DNA from: Octopus vulgaris
Lineage: Eukaryota
DNA: 64,000 bases
Assembly (NCBI GenBank): GCA_951406725.2
Contig: OX597825.1
Coordinates: 4,526,001-4,590,000, forward strand
Direction of reading: 5' to 3'
In this document: positions 12,480-25,448 of the stretch, in pieces
How positions within the stretch are numbered: the stretch's first letter is position 1
Layout of the letters: every line of letters begins with the position of its first letter
Position numbers and translations under genes: made by a program
The notes under the pieces: model-generated
Seen by the model: the letters and a program-made list of their open reading frames with translations, nothing else
Told to the model about the DNA's origin: nothing
The model's database searches: none

Positions 12480-12860
12480 TATAATCACAATTCTGCTGGG
12501 GTGCCAAAATTAATCAAGTTAAATGTCAGATTTAAATTGTTAAGTTCATTCATTAAAGCATCGATGACATTTCGGCAAACGATCTTAGATATTCGACATC
12601 TCTGTAAGCGGACGTATTTCAATTTAAGCAGAAAATCCCCCACGCACAATCATTTTAGCGATGATTCATCTGTCTCAGTCGTCATCGTTTCATTCAAACT
12701 CCAACCTGCATTGGGACAAATATGGCTTCTTACGTTTAGTCGCATTAGAGTTTGTGGCACTTAAGTGTTCTATAGAGATAGATTCCGAATCCAGTCTAAA
12801 GCGTCTGGCCATGAAGAGGGCGTTAATAACAGCACTGCCGGCTAAGAAAATATTTACCGT
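12480..12860 (-). pseudogene. Very decayed Tc1-like transposase fragment
   Basis: Minus-strand remnants KRKKPYLSQCRLEF, TDES, MIVRGGFSA resemble Tc1 RKKP..RLEFA / FTDES / VMVWGGFS. Confidence 0.4.
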
Positions 12861-13289
12861 TATTGTAACGCAACTGCTTTTGTTACACAATTTATGTTTT
12901 GTTAGTAATATTACATCATGGTAATAATAGGACAATATTTGTCTGATTGTCGAGTGAATTTCTGAATTGGTTAGAGAGAGACAGAGAGAAAGAGAGTGAG
13001 GTAGATAGATAGACAAAGAGACAGAATGATAGATTGATGAATATTGGCGTATCTGTCGATCGATCTGCATACACACACACACACAAACACACACACACAT
13101 ACACACACACATATATACATATGCATATATACAAAGGCATGCAAGAAGTAAATAGACACCATTCATTTACAAAATTTCTAATCTAAACTGTCTTAATATG
13201 TTTTCTTAATGTCTTAATATGTTTTCAGCGGCGTAGAATTTACAATGTAATTATTATTCTTTATTCCAGGTGCCATTATATTAAACATA

Positions 13290-14052
13290 TGCGAAGAGTA
13301 ACCATACCACGCACAAAAAAATTCAGCAAAACTGTCAGATTTTCAAGGAGGTCGTATTGTTGGGCAACCTGAGGATGGTCTTAGCCAGCGAAAAATTGTC
13401 GAAAATGTTCGAATTCCTCTTGCTACTGTTAATAGAATTATAGTGCAATTCAAAAGCCAAGGAAAAGAATAAACAGATTATTGTCCTGGCCGACCTGGGT
13501 CCTCGGAAAGGAAGTTTCGAGGTTTGAAGAGAATTGTGGGAAACGAACCACATCGAAGTCTTCTGACATTGCAAAACAGCTCGAAGCTAGTGCAAGAATG
13601 TGTGCTGCATATCTGCATTAGCTTGGGTATTATGGACAAGCAGCTAGAAGAAAACCTCTCCTTCAACCAATTAATGTCATGAAAATAATGAAATGGGCTA
13701 AGGAGATGTCAGAAAAATCCAGTTCATTCTGGGAAAGAGCGATTTTCTCAGATGAATCCAGATTTGCATTATTTTCAGATAGTGGTGTGTTTGGGTCTGG
13801 AGGCTTCCCAATCAAGAATTTGATTTGACGCGACTCCAACCAAATGTGAAACATGGTGGTATCTCTGTAATGGTATGGGAAGCGGTCACTAGCAATGGTC
13901 GTTCTGAGCTGATCGAATGTGTTCGAAGTATATATACTCTGTAAAATACATCGAAATACTTAAGAAAGGACTACTTCCGATGTATTCACACGATAACATA
14001 ACGAAAAAGGAGTTTTTATTCATGGAAGACGTGGCTCCATACCACACAGCGT
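13290..14052 (+). pseudogene. Tc1-like DDE transposase pseudogene, truncated by SINE insertion
   Basis: HTH-like [33 protein letters not shown]; FSDESRF; [13 protein letters not shown]; FLFMEDVAPYHTA; stops and frameshifts. Confidence 0.85.
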
Positions 14053-14217
14053 TTTTTTTTGCCGAACTGCTAAGTTACGGGGGCCGTAAATACACCACCA
14101 TCGATTGGCAAGCGACGGTGGGAGGGGGACACAGACAGACACACATGCACACTCACACATATACACAACGGGCTTCTTTCAATTTCAGTGGTTGGTAAGC
14201 GAGCTATTTACCACTCA
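14053..14217 (-). mobile_element. SINE fragment (family of 49277-49655)
   Basis: tttgccgaactgctaagttacgggg and acgggcttctttca are reverse complements of the 49277 family body. Confidence 0.65.
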
Positions 14218-14218
14218 A

Positions 14219-14523
14219 GTGAAGGCGCGTGGCTCAGTGGTTAGGGCATTCGGCTCACGATCGTAAGGTGACGTGTTGTGTCCTTGAGCAAGACACTTTA
14301 TTTCACGTTGCTCCAGTCTACTCATCTGGCAAAAATGAGTGGTACCTGTATTTCAAAGGGCCAGCCTTGTCATACATCGTGTCACGCTGAATCTCCCTGA
14401 GAACTACGTTAAGGTTACACGTGTCTGTGGAGTGCTCAGCCACTTGCACGTTTATTTCACGAGCAGGCTGTTCCGTTGATCATATCAGCTGGGACCCTCG
14501 TCGTCGTAACCGACGGAGTGCTC
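14219..14523 (+). mobile_element. tRNA-derived SINE (family A) with TSD
   Basis: Head ggcgcgtggctcagtggttaggg; body shared with 38987-39369 and 40741-41056; flanks ctatttaccactca / ctacttaccactca. Confidence 0.88.
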
Positions 14524-14790
14524 CTACTACTTACCACTCAGTCACAATACGAATTATAACAAAGCAGCATTAGAATTACATTTATATATGAATACAGCCC
14601 CAAATAGGCCTACACATATTTCGATGGCGTCGGTTGGGAACCGTTAAAATTGCAACATTACTATAATAATGGTGCAGATTCTTCAGGTTCTTTACTGTAA
14701 TATGCTTTCATATTTATGTCGTTAAAGTTTTACGTTGATTTTAGTTGCGCCTTATTATTGCTTATATATATATAATATATATGTGTGTGT

Positions 14791-14980
14791 AGCGGTGAGC
14801 TAGCAGAAATGTTAGCTCGCAGTATTTCGTCTATCTTTGCGTTCTGAGTACAAGTTCCGCCGAGGTCGACTTTGCCTTTCATCCTTTCGGCGTCGATAAA
14901 TTAAGTACCAGTTGTGAATTGAAGTCGATCTAATCGATTAGCGTCCTCCCCAAAATTTTTGTATCTTGTGCCTGAGTAAA
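14791..14980 (+). mobile_element. SINE (family B: ggcggcgagctggcagaaacgttagc...)
   Basis: Homologous to 24282, 25234, 29760 and 41698 copies. Confidence 0.8.
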
Positions 14981-15368
14981 AAAGAAAAAAGCACACTTAT
15001 ATATGTATGTATGTGTGAGTGCGTGATTCTGGCGTCCCGTTTAATAATACAGGCAAAACGTAAGTAAGAAACTTTTGAAGGTATATAAATACATAAAGAA
15101 CTAAAAATAAATTGACAAATTACAACATGTATAACAACTCTGCAGAGTACTTTGTTTCTTTTTTCTATTGGAAACTTGCCTATTGAAGGGGTAAGTCAGA
15201 ATCTCTTTAAAAGGTCTGTAGGCCACGTTTGATTACCGTTGTGACAGCAGAGTGTCAAAACGAACACCAGCATTAGCATACATATATGAATGCACAGAGG
15301 TACACACACACATATGTATGCATATTTGTATGTCTATATGTATGTATATATACACATACATATATATA

Positions 15369-15411
<43 letters not shown>

Positions 15412-16385
15412 ATGTGTGTGTGTGCGTGTGTATATGTATATATATATATATATGCATACATAAGTATATATGTGTGTATATATATATATATCTATGTGTG
15501 TACATATACATATATTGTGTGTGGGGGGTATATAGCATATATATAAACTTGAATGTAAATGATGTATACATGTGCCTTGAACCGTAGAGAATAATGGGAT
15601 GGCCTAGTGAAGCAATTCTATAACTCATATCCCAGCTCTTAACTTTCACAATTTATTTCCCAAGGGATATGGTAGCACTCTATATATTGGGAAAATTATA
15701 CGAAAGTACCTCACCTAATGACACACATGTATCTTTAATCGAGACTACGACAGAGACCCTGTAAGCATTCATTAGAACTGTTGCAAATAGCACTAAAATC
15801 TTCTGATACGTTATTGATATTTTATTTGTTTATCATAATCTATGAAATTTACTTTGAATAATGTAAACATTGATATATGCAAAGAATGGAAGGATAGTAT
15901 CAGAGCGCGTAGTACCAGAGCGTAAATCAGGCGCCGGCCCTGATGTAGTGTTAATATGATCGCCTTGTATTCTCTCGTATTTTGGTCAGTGCTATACATG
16001 AGGGCTTATCTAAGCTTTTTGATTAGACTTGGTAGAAGGAAACTGTGTAAAACCTGCCGTATGTATTGTGTGTGTGTGTCGGTATTTTCGTTTGTCTTTC
16101 TGCTTGTTTATGTATTTCTCTTCAAAATAGCGACTCAGCAAAAGAAACCGATAGAATAAGTATCATTGTTTCAAATAAGATATTAGTGGTTGATTTATTC
16201 GACTAGAACCTTGTACTTCCTTCAGACAACAGACTGAAATACGGAAAGGACAAAGAAAAAGAGATATCCAGATAGAAAGAGAGAGAGAGAGAAAGAAAAT
16301 GAGATAGACACAAAAGTCAATTAATTCATACACGTTATGCATACGCGAGCACACAGACACGATGCATACACATATTGACTACCGC

Positions 16386-16418
<33 letters not shown>

Positions 16419-16487
16419 TACAGAGATGGAATACTTACACAAAGTAAAATGCACTCAATACTTGCTATGGTGCTTTAATGCTTAGAT

Positions 16488-16752
16488 CAGTGTTTCTCAA
16501 CCGTTTCTAACCTATGCACCGCTCCTATTCCTATTTTGCTCGCATGGACCCTCATAACCCTCATAACCATTCCATGTTTAAGAGTCTTATTTCATGTTTA
16601 TAATTAACTATTATTAGGAATTATATTAATAAAAATTGGCTAAAATATCTTGTGAATTGTTGAGGATTAAACAATTAATTGCTCATAAATTTCAATACCA
16701 AAACCTTAAATGGACCCGCAAGGGCCACACGGAACTCGGTTGAGCACCACTG
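16488..16752. mobile_element. hAT/Charlie-like MITE
   Basis: TIRs CAGTGTTTCTCAACCG / CGGTTGAGCACCACTG; 8-bp flanks gcttagat / gtttacat (6/8 match). Confidence 0.8.
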
Positions 16753-19385
16753 GTTTACATTAATAGTTTTATCTATATATATGCTTGACGTAAAGATCGA
16801 TCAGGATCAGATGTCACAGCATTGAACAAACTCATAGAAAACGTCCCCAAAAGAGTTTCTATACCGGACAGTTACAAAAAACTATCACGGTCTTTTCATT
16901 TTTATTTCTTTTGCATTGTAATATTGGCGTCGTCCACCGTGTCCTTTCCTGTATTTTAAGATGATTTTGACTAATGTGAAAAAGATATATAACTTCAATT
17001 TCTAGTGATTGAATGACCGCCTTGAGACTCTCTCGTAGGTTCGTTTCGAGTTTATTGATTTCCTCAGATTGGGATCTCTGGATGTTATTTCGAAGAAAAC
17101 GAGTTTATAACTGTATAGAAAATGCCTTCTGTCGACACATGTTTCATTTAAGATGCCAAAGTGTTATTAGTTTAACACCGTCTTTTGCGAAGGAATTTTG
17201 CTGCGCATTCTATGGTGCTGCCAAAAGACTCTGCATAATCGGCTTTTCTTTCTTACATGACTCTCATTCAGTTATTACATCTTAAGTTTGAATGAGTTAA
17301 AAAATTATGTAACTATCGCATATTACGGATTGATAAATGGTTGAGTGAATAACGGAATGATCTTCAGAATAAATAGGTGGAGAATGAATCGATGGATAAT
17401 GATTGACAGAAAGAATATAATCATGAATTTTTATGCAATTCCTACGGGTAATTTGTTAGTCTAGTGATAGACACTGGTTCAACATATTGAGTTTATTCTA
17501 CGCTGAAATATAAAACAAAATAAAAATCACTAAAAGAATCAAAAAGAGAATAGTAAATACAATTACGGAATGTATTTTTATCCGAAACAAATTCTTGTGT
17601 CGATATTTCTAGAGAGATTTATTAGTTTAATGAAGTGGTGCTGTTCTGTTTCACAGGGGTGCCACACGTTGATTCAATTAGATGTGTATCGTTTAAAAAT
17701 ATAGCATTTTCTTTACATTTCACTTGTATGTTCAATTCGTGCTGGGTTGCCTAAAAATTCACTCGGTTAAATGTCAATGCCTTAGTATAGTGATAAGTTA
17801 AAAGGAATTACTTTTAGTGCAGCATAATTGAAGTGCACCGAAGTCATCCGTTATTGACCTAACATTCGGGAAATAACGGGAAGACTTTTATGTTCGAATA
17901 TTGAAATCTAAGGACAGCTAACCTTTCCATTATCTCAGACATCATTGAACGGAAAGCATTAGCATATAAATAATGGACATTAATAAGGGGAGAACAAAGA
18001 ACAAAATAACTAATATAGCAAATAGATATTAATCGTTAGAGAGATAGATTAGTCTAGATGTTGTCTTCTGTATTTTTTTCTCTTCTTTATTATTCCTTTT
18101 TTGTCTGATTTAAAGTGGCTAAATCAGTATCTATCAGAAGACGAGCAGTTCTTGTCCGACCGATTTTGTTATTCTTTTTGGCTCTTGTTGCTATAAAAAT
18201 AAGAGAAGCTATTAAAAGTTGTAACCAGAATAATCTTCCGTACACTAAGAAAATCTTAACCATTACCAAAATTAATATATTTCTGGTTGTATTGCCGAAA
18301 TTTATAGCTCAGTGTTATTAAACATTGTATTTTAGCATATGTTACTAACTTTTACACCACCACGGAATATGCGCAGAACCATACTGTGCGGATGTATATA
18401 TTTTCACACACACGCTCACGCAAAAAATACGCCTTAATTAGAATTGATATTTAAAGTGCCTTATTAATGGCAGTACATGAACAGTGATTCTCGGACGATT
18501 ATATACACTGCTGGCCACCATGCGCTTTCGCGCTTTGTCGAAGCTTTGGAATGATAACACGCCACTGGTTAGGCGGACACTTCAATCTACCGCCTCAACG
18601 GAGCATCAGTCCATCACATGGTTAAAACTTTGCTACTGAGCGGACTGCTGCAACATGAAACGAAAAACATAAGACAGAGCCTGTCTGGGAATGCAACACC
18701 CCTAACCACGAGTACATGCACTTTCACCTCACTAATATATTTCGAAATTATTTCCATTAACTTTATGTTATGTAAGTAATATTTTAAAATCCCCTTCATT
18801 TAAAATATAAGCTTCTTATCTATTCAATAATCCTCAATGTATTCGATAAAGAAAACTGTGCTGAAGCTCGTCGAAGAGTGGCCCTCATGTTCTCCGCTTG
18901 TATATTTAATCAGTAATCAATGTCCCCTAGAGCTTAGCTGGTTTTATACTGTTGTAAGCAGTTCCCCTTTTTCCTCCTTTGAGTTCCGTGTATATTTAAT
19001 GATGATTGCAACAAATGCCTACGATTCACTCAAGGCAATGTAGAATGAATGGGTGATATGTGTAAAATGAAATTCTAAAACGTCTGAAACAAATGTAACC
19101 GAAGAGATGCAGTGAAGAACTGAAGAAATAGAATCGGTAAAAACGCTTGTGAAAATGGCAATTAACCATAAGTGAATACCCAACGTATGTATGTGTTTAT
19201 GTATGTATATATATATATATATATGTATGTGTATGTATGTATATATGTATGTATATATATATGTTTATATGTATGTATATATATATGTATGTATATACGT
19301 ATATATATTTATATATCTATGTATATATATGTATGTATTATCTCTCTGATTCTCCCTCACTTTCACTTTCTCACTCCCACTCTCC

Positions 19386-19422
<37 letters not shown>

Positions 19423-21145
19423 GAGAGAGAGAGAGACATTACGCTATATCCCATTTTATTGTATATAATTATCAATAAATCTGGATATTATGGCATTAAT
19501 TCATATTAGATTAGAAATAATGTTTATCATCATATAATAGAGATATGCCATCTGAGTGTGCATTATTAATATTATTTGTTGTAATGGACATGTGCAAAGC
19601 AAATCATTCCATACAGGATGTGCGCAATTGCATTGAACATGTTTCTTGGCAAAACAGGACACGTTGAAATCAATACACAAATGTACTGTATACTAATTTA
19701 CAATGTAAGTATGCCATTCTTTTTGCGATGCCAAACAAGCTCCATAAATCAAGAGGAGACTAAATTAGCTTCCATCCAGTCTTGCATTATTTTAGTGGGT
19801 TTAGATTTTAGTCCACGGTCATAGTAGGGTCTCGCTTACAATAGATTTTATATCCATCAATCTTTAACGAACGGCATTGCGGTTGCTTTGATGCAACTCC
19901 AAGCAACGTTTCAAATATCTGTACACGCAATACACACACATATACTAGCGTGCACACACTCACAGAAACACACACACGCATACATATACATATATCATGT
20001 GTGTATATATGCGTGTGTGTGTGTGTGTGTTGTTTGATTTTTTTATTTGCAGCTATAATGGTTTCAAACTTTTGCACAAGGCCAGCAATTTCGGGGAGAG
20101 GCTTAAGTCGATTACATCGACCCTAGTGTTCAAATGTTACTAACTTTACCCAAGGATGAAAGGTAAAGCTGAGCTGAGAACATGCAGACCAACGAAATGC
20201 CGTGAAGCATTTCTCTTACAGGAAATTTTAATTCAAAAATAGATAAATTAATAAAATAATTAATTAACTGTCGAAAAAAAGATATCAATAAAGGATAGTA
20301 TTCGATATAATCGGCTTGTTACTTCCCGCCAAATGTCTGGTTTTGTAAATTTGCTTTGTCAGAGTCAACTCATCGTGAGAATCGTTCTAACTTAGGACAA
20401 AATGCCAAATGGCCAAGGCTCCCACTGTTCATATCGAGAGTATCAATTCCTCTAATATGAAATTCGCCATTCGTTTTACTGGTGTGAACGAAATAAAAGT
20501 GCCGATGCAGTACGAGGGTCACTTTATACAACTAAGCCTTCCCTCAACCACCAAATAATCTTCTGAACATGTCGCTATGATTGAAACCATTGTCATACTC
20601 TCTTTATATTATTGTTACTAACATATTCCGGGTAAGATAGATTACAAGCCATGTTCACAGCATCTTGTATAAAGCTGTTAAAATTTAACTTTGATTTTAA
20701 ATTCGTTTGATGCAAGTGATATCAATGCGTCTTTGATAATGTTGAACAGTGTTCAATGGATTGTCAATATTACTTTTCTTAATAATCTATATTTGAAAAA
20801 TTACATTTAAAGTATAGTTTTTAATGTAATTGTAGCTAACGATAAAACATTATTCAGATTTACTTCAGAATTATCAGAAAATATTTTAATCTTAATTTTA
20901 ATGCGACCTGTTTATTCCAAGGCTATTACGTCATGTCTGTTCGTGTGTGTATATGTGTGTATAAAATATGTATATGTTTTATCCCGATATAACATTAAAT
21001 GCTCGGATGAGAAATCATAGTACATTAGGATAGAACTATATATGTGCATCTATATGTATACAAAACATATGAGTTCAATACATTATCGTCGGAGATGTAC
21101 AGTAACTGAATGTTGAATACAAAACAACTGTACACATATACTCTC

Positions 21146-21270
21146 TTTTACACCTTTTCTTGTTTCAGTCATGTGACTGCGGCCATCCTAGATCACCGAA
21201 TTTAGTCGAGCAAGTAACCCTAGGACTTCTTCTTTGTAAGCCTAGTACCTATTCTATTGGTCATTTGGGG
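21146..21270 (-). mobile_element. 3' fragment of SINE family C
   Basis: ttgtttcagtcatgtgactgcggcca...ctttgtaagcctagtacctattctat is the reverse complement of the 49540-49650 tail. Confidence 0.7.
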
Positions 21271-21307
21271 ATTTACTCTACATATATACATACATACAAT
21301 GATACAC

Positions 21308-21349
<42 letters not shown>

Positions 21350-21704
21350 TCTCAATAATTCGTTGGTACTTGTCAATGCAAAAAACACATTTGCATGCAT
21401 GCATTAGAAACCTTAATCCGCTGTAGAAAGTCTGACTAGGATTTATGAATTCAAAGACACTGCTTGAAATTTCCTTGTCTTTCCTTCTTTCTATTCGCAG
21501 CTCTTTGTTCCAATTGACCTCTGACCCTTTCAGTTAATTTTCTTCAGGTAATAGGTCAAATAACGCCGATCATAGAGAAATAGAAGCAACAGATCACTCA
21601 AATTTTAACGCCTGGCTCACGTTGTCATAAACAGACAAGTCATTATTTCTGCTTTTGAATTACCTTTTATGAATCAACCAATGTAAGCACGCATACATAA
21701 ATAC

Positions 21705-21774
<70 letters not shown>

Positions 21775-21777
21775 ATT

Positions 21778-21809
<32 letters not shown>

Positions 21810-21818
21810 AATACATAT

Positions 21819-21862
<44 letters not shown>

Positions 21863-21863
21863 T

Positions 21864-21918
<55 letters not shown>

Positions 21919-21987
21919 CATACATATATATACACACACACACTCACACACAACATGTGAGTATGCGTGCTTTGTGTTTGTTTATGA

Positions 21988-22031
<44 letters not shown>

Positions 22032-22589
22032 ACGTATATATGTCTATCATATGTTATGGGAAGTTTTCGAATTCTAACCGAACTTTTTAAGATTTTAATG
22101 TGTTGTTTTGAAATATTTGAATAAATAATTGACTTTATTCTTATAGTATATGGAAACATTAGTCATGAGACTCCATGCACACTGATCTTCATATTTGATC
22201 CCTCTAAATCTCAGTTTCGTCCTCCCGTGGTTTACGACATTCAAAATGCGGTCATAACCCACCCAATGCAATTATAACATTCGATCAAAAATTTAATGAA
22301 TGTGTAGTGCATGTGTACTTTAATTAGCATTAGGGACTTCGTGTTTAGGATGAGCCACGGAAGGATATAGTCGCGCGAAAGACGGAATAGAAGCAGCCGT
22401 TGCATTAAATCTGATTATTCGCAATGTATTAAGACTTTCAATGCCAGCTGTGTAAATGTGTCTCACGTATTAGAAAGTTTTTGAACAGGCTCCAGATATG
22501 TTAAAGTGTATGTCCCAGATTATCGGTGAGATGATAATGAGGATAATGATGAACAACGTGTTAATTACTGAGAAGCATTACATTCACAT

Positions 22590-23545
22590 TAAATATGAAT
22601 GACTCTTTTGAACAGTGTTGTTGCTGGGGATAATAAATGGATCTTTTATTATAATATTGACCCTTCGAATCCGAAAACCGGATACATCCGATCTAAACTT
22701 CATTACCGTTAACTGTAGGAAGCGGTTTCACCCTCTGAGTTAAAAATGATATCTCCTTATTCTATGCGAAGCGGGGACTACCTAGTGACCCTTTTTGCAA
22801 AAAGACAATTTATCAGATTTTCTTGATTTCTTGTCTTTTACTTTTTCTTTTTTTTCCACATATTTCATCAAATATCTGTTTACGGAGCTAGAATGAAATG
22901 CTTTTGGTGGTGGATATGAACAATGCAGCTACAGGAGATAGTGAAAAATATACTGCAGAAGAAGAAAATATTAATACTACCGTTTGATGGATAAGTAAAA
23001 CAATTAGGGGAATGACCATGAAATTTTATTACACAGTGAAGAGGTTAAATCAGCAGTGACTCACATGGGGAGATAGAACTGCAACCAACTCGTTGGGGTG
23101 CTTACTCCAAAGAGAAACATATTAATTCCATAGTTGGATAACTGAAACATTATTATCATTAGAAATATGGAACAATAAGCAGACAAGGACAACTGTGGTT
23201 TATGGCCGAGAAGCGCTCGACTTTAACGAACAGAAAAACTTTCATCTCCATCAGTATAATACACTTTTCCGCAGCATCTGATACTCACCTGACAAGAAAG
23301 AAAAACGCAAGTCACTAAGATGATTCAGCACAATCTCCTGATTTTCATCTCTTGACCGTCATTACCTTATCAGTGCAAAAACTATTTTCATGAACTTAGG
23401 CCGGCTGCGACACACCCAGCCGAAATGAAGTTAATCTGTTCTTTCAGGTCAGAACCTAATAAATTTTATAAATGTGACCTACAAAAACATCTTGAAAGAT
23501 GGAATAAGGTTATTGAAAGAAATGTAAAATATATTAATGAGTAAA
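22590..23545 (+). pseudogene. Decayed mariner-type transposase remnant
   Basis: TLLNSVVAGDNKWIFYYN (cf. FLDRIVTGDEKWIYY) at ~22600; FYKCDLQKHLERWNKVIERNVKYINE* (cf. FY..GI.KLPERWQKVIE..GEY) ending ~23545. Confidence 0.65.
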
Positions 23546-24061
23546 TAGATCTATAATTAGTCCTCTTTTGTTTTCTTTATTCATTTAAATATCGGACAGC
23601 TCTTTTGTTACTGCCTCAGATCTAACTACGTAGAGCTGGCCTTCTTCCAAGACTTACCAAAACCCAGACTTGTGGTAAACTGTCTAAAGCCGGACCTCTC
23701 AGATGCGTAAGACGCGGGGTTACCGCTTGCATTAGCAGAGGTCAGATCATCCGATTGAAGAGAGCGGTAACGTTGATGGTGGTCCAGAGAGCGATGGTCC
23801 GGAGAGAACTGTTGAACTTAGAAGATGAATATCAAATCAAATGTGTTCTGCAGGTATATATATATATATACATATACACATATATATACATATACATATA
23901 CATATGCATATATATATATATAAATACATATATATATATATACATAATATATATATTTATATATATATAGATATATATTAACAGCCTCAGACAGTGAGAG
24001 AGAAATCGGAATATACGTGTGTGTCTTTGTATTTGTATATGCATTTATGTATATGTATATG

Positions 24062-24110
<49 letters not shown>

Positions 24111-24281
24111 TGATAAATTTAGATATGGCTTGTTGAACTGAAATAGCCTTATCTTGTTATAAATTCTGCCAAGAAAATTCAACTACGATTCTATTACCAA
24201 CACCACTACTACTAGAAACAATACTACTGCATAAAAATACACTCTTATTACAACTTCTTGTTTCAATATTCACCGGCTTTT

Positions 24282-24492
24282 AGCCGGTGAGCTGGCAAAA
24301 ACGTTAGCACGCCGGGCGAAATACGTAGCCGGATTTCGTCTGCCGTTACGTTCTGAGTTCAAATTCCGCCGAGGTCGACTGTACCTTTCATCCTTTCGGG
24401 TTTGATAAATTAAGTGCTAGTTGCGTACTGGGGTCAATCTAATCGCCTGGCTGCCTCCCCAAAGATTTCAGGCCTTGTGCCTAGAGTAGAAA
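24282..24492 (+). mobile_element. SINE family B
   Basis: gccggtgagctggcaaaaacgttagcac...gagttcaaattccgccgaggtcgac...ccttgtgcctagagtagaaa. Confidence 0.85.
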
Positions 24493-25233
24493 AAATATTC
24501 AACAGATATGATAGCTAAGTTCTCTGATATTGTTCCAGCCACTCCAGACATATATTTTATCCTACCATAGTCAGGTTTATCTTTTGTCAATAAATTCTAA
24601 ATTGTGAAAGAGCACATTATTTGTTTTACTGCTCAGCGAATAAATCCAGTAACAAAAGAAAAATATACGTTATTATGTTACCCTATCATTTGTAAATATT
24701 CGCTAAAAAGACTAGGAATTTCTCGGCAAAAAAATGTTTATTCAAATCGTTCAAACATAAATAGAAAAAAACGTTCCACTTTTAACACAACTGAGATATC
24801 AAACAGCATAACTTTGATTAGGTGCACCGTGCAAACATTGTAAAACTAAAGACAAAGATGCGGTGTGGTTTCCCTGAAATCTACGCTCTCAACCAAAACA
24901 GAATAATTTTCTTCTAAATACACGACACAATAACATAATATAGAGTACAATGATGTAGGATAAAGCACAATTTACAGTTTTGTTTCTTTACATAACAACT
25001 CCAGAAACAGCCCCAACAACTATAAAAAATTCAAACGAGACATACACATTACATATAATATTTATCCAGCTAGCTTACCATTCAGCCCACCGCAATTCTA
25101 ACAATTAAATAATAGCATAGATGCCAAAATCTCTTCGTAAATATTCAGGAATATGTGATGTATCAAAAATGAAAATATAAAAAATACAAGATCATTTTTA
25201 AAATATCTGTTTAATAATAAATTAGTATATATA

Positions 25234-25448
25234 TTTCTTTACTACCCACAAGGGGCTAAACAAGGACTGACAAATGGATTAAGTCTATTACATCGACCCC
25301 AGTGCGTAACTGGTACTTAATCTATCAAACCCGAAAGGATGAAAGGCAAAGTCGACCTCGGCGGAATTTGAACTCAGAATGTAGCGGCAGACGAAATACC
25401 GCTAAGCATTTCGTCCGGCGCGATAACGTTTCTGCCAGCTCGCCGCCT
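25234..25448 (-). mobile_element. SINE family B with ~18-bp TSD
   Basis: ataataaattagtatata at 25214-25231 and 25450-25467. Confidence 0.88.

Noticed and set aside
19840-19920. Possible minus-strand host exon (cag|ATATTTGAAACG...ATT|gtaagc; IFETLLGVASKQPQCRSLKIDGYKIY)
   Set aside because: Weak polypyrimidine tract, no recognisable protein family and no partner exons; needs RNA-seq
23590-23850. GC-richer block, possible RTE-type LINE fragment or exon
   Set aside because: No diagnostic motif recoverable by eye
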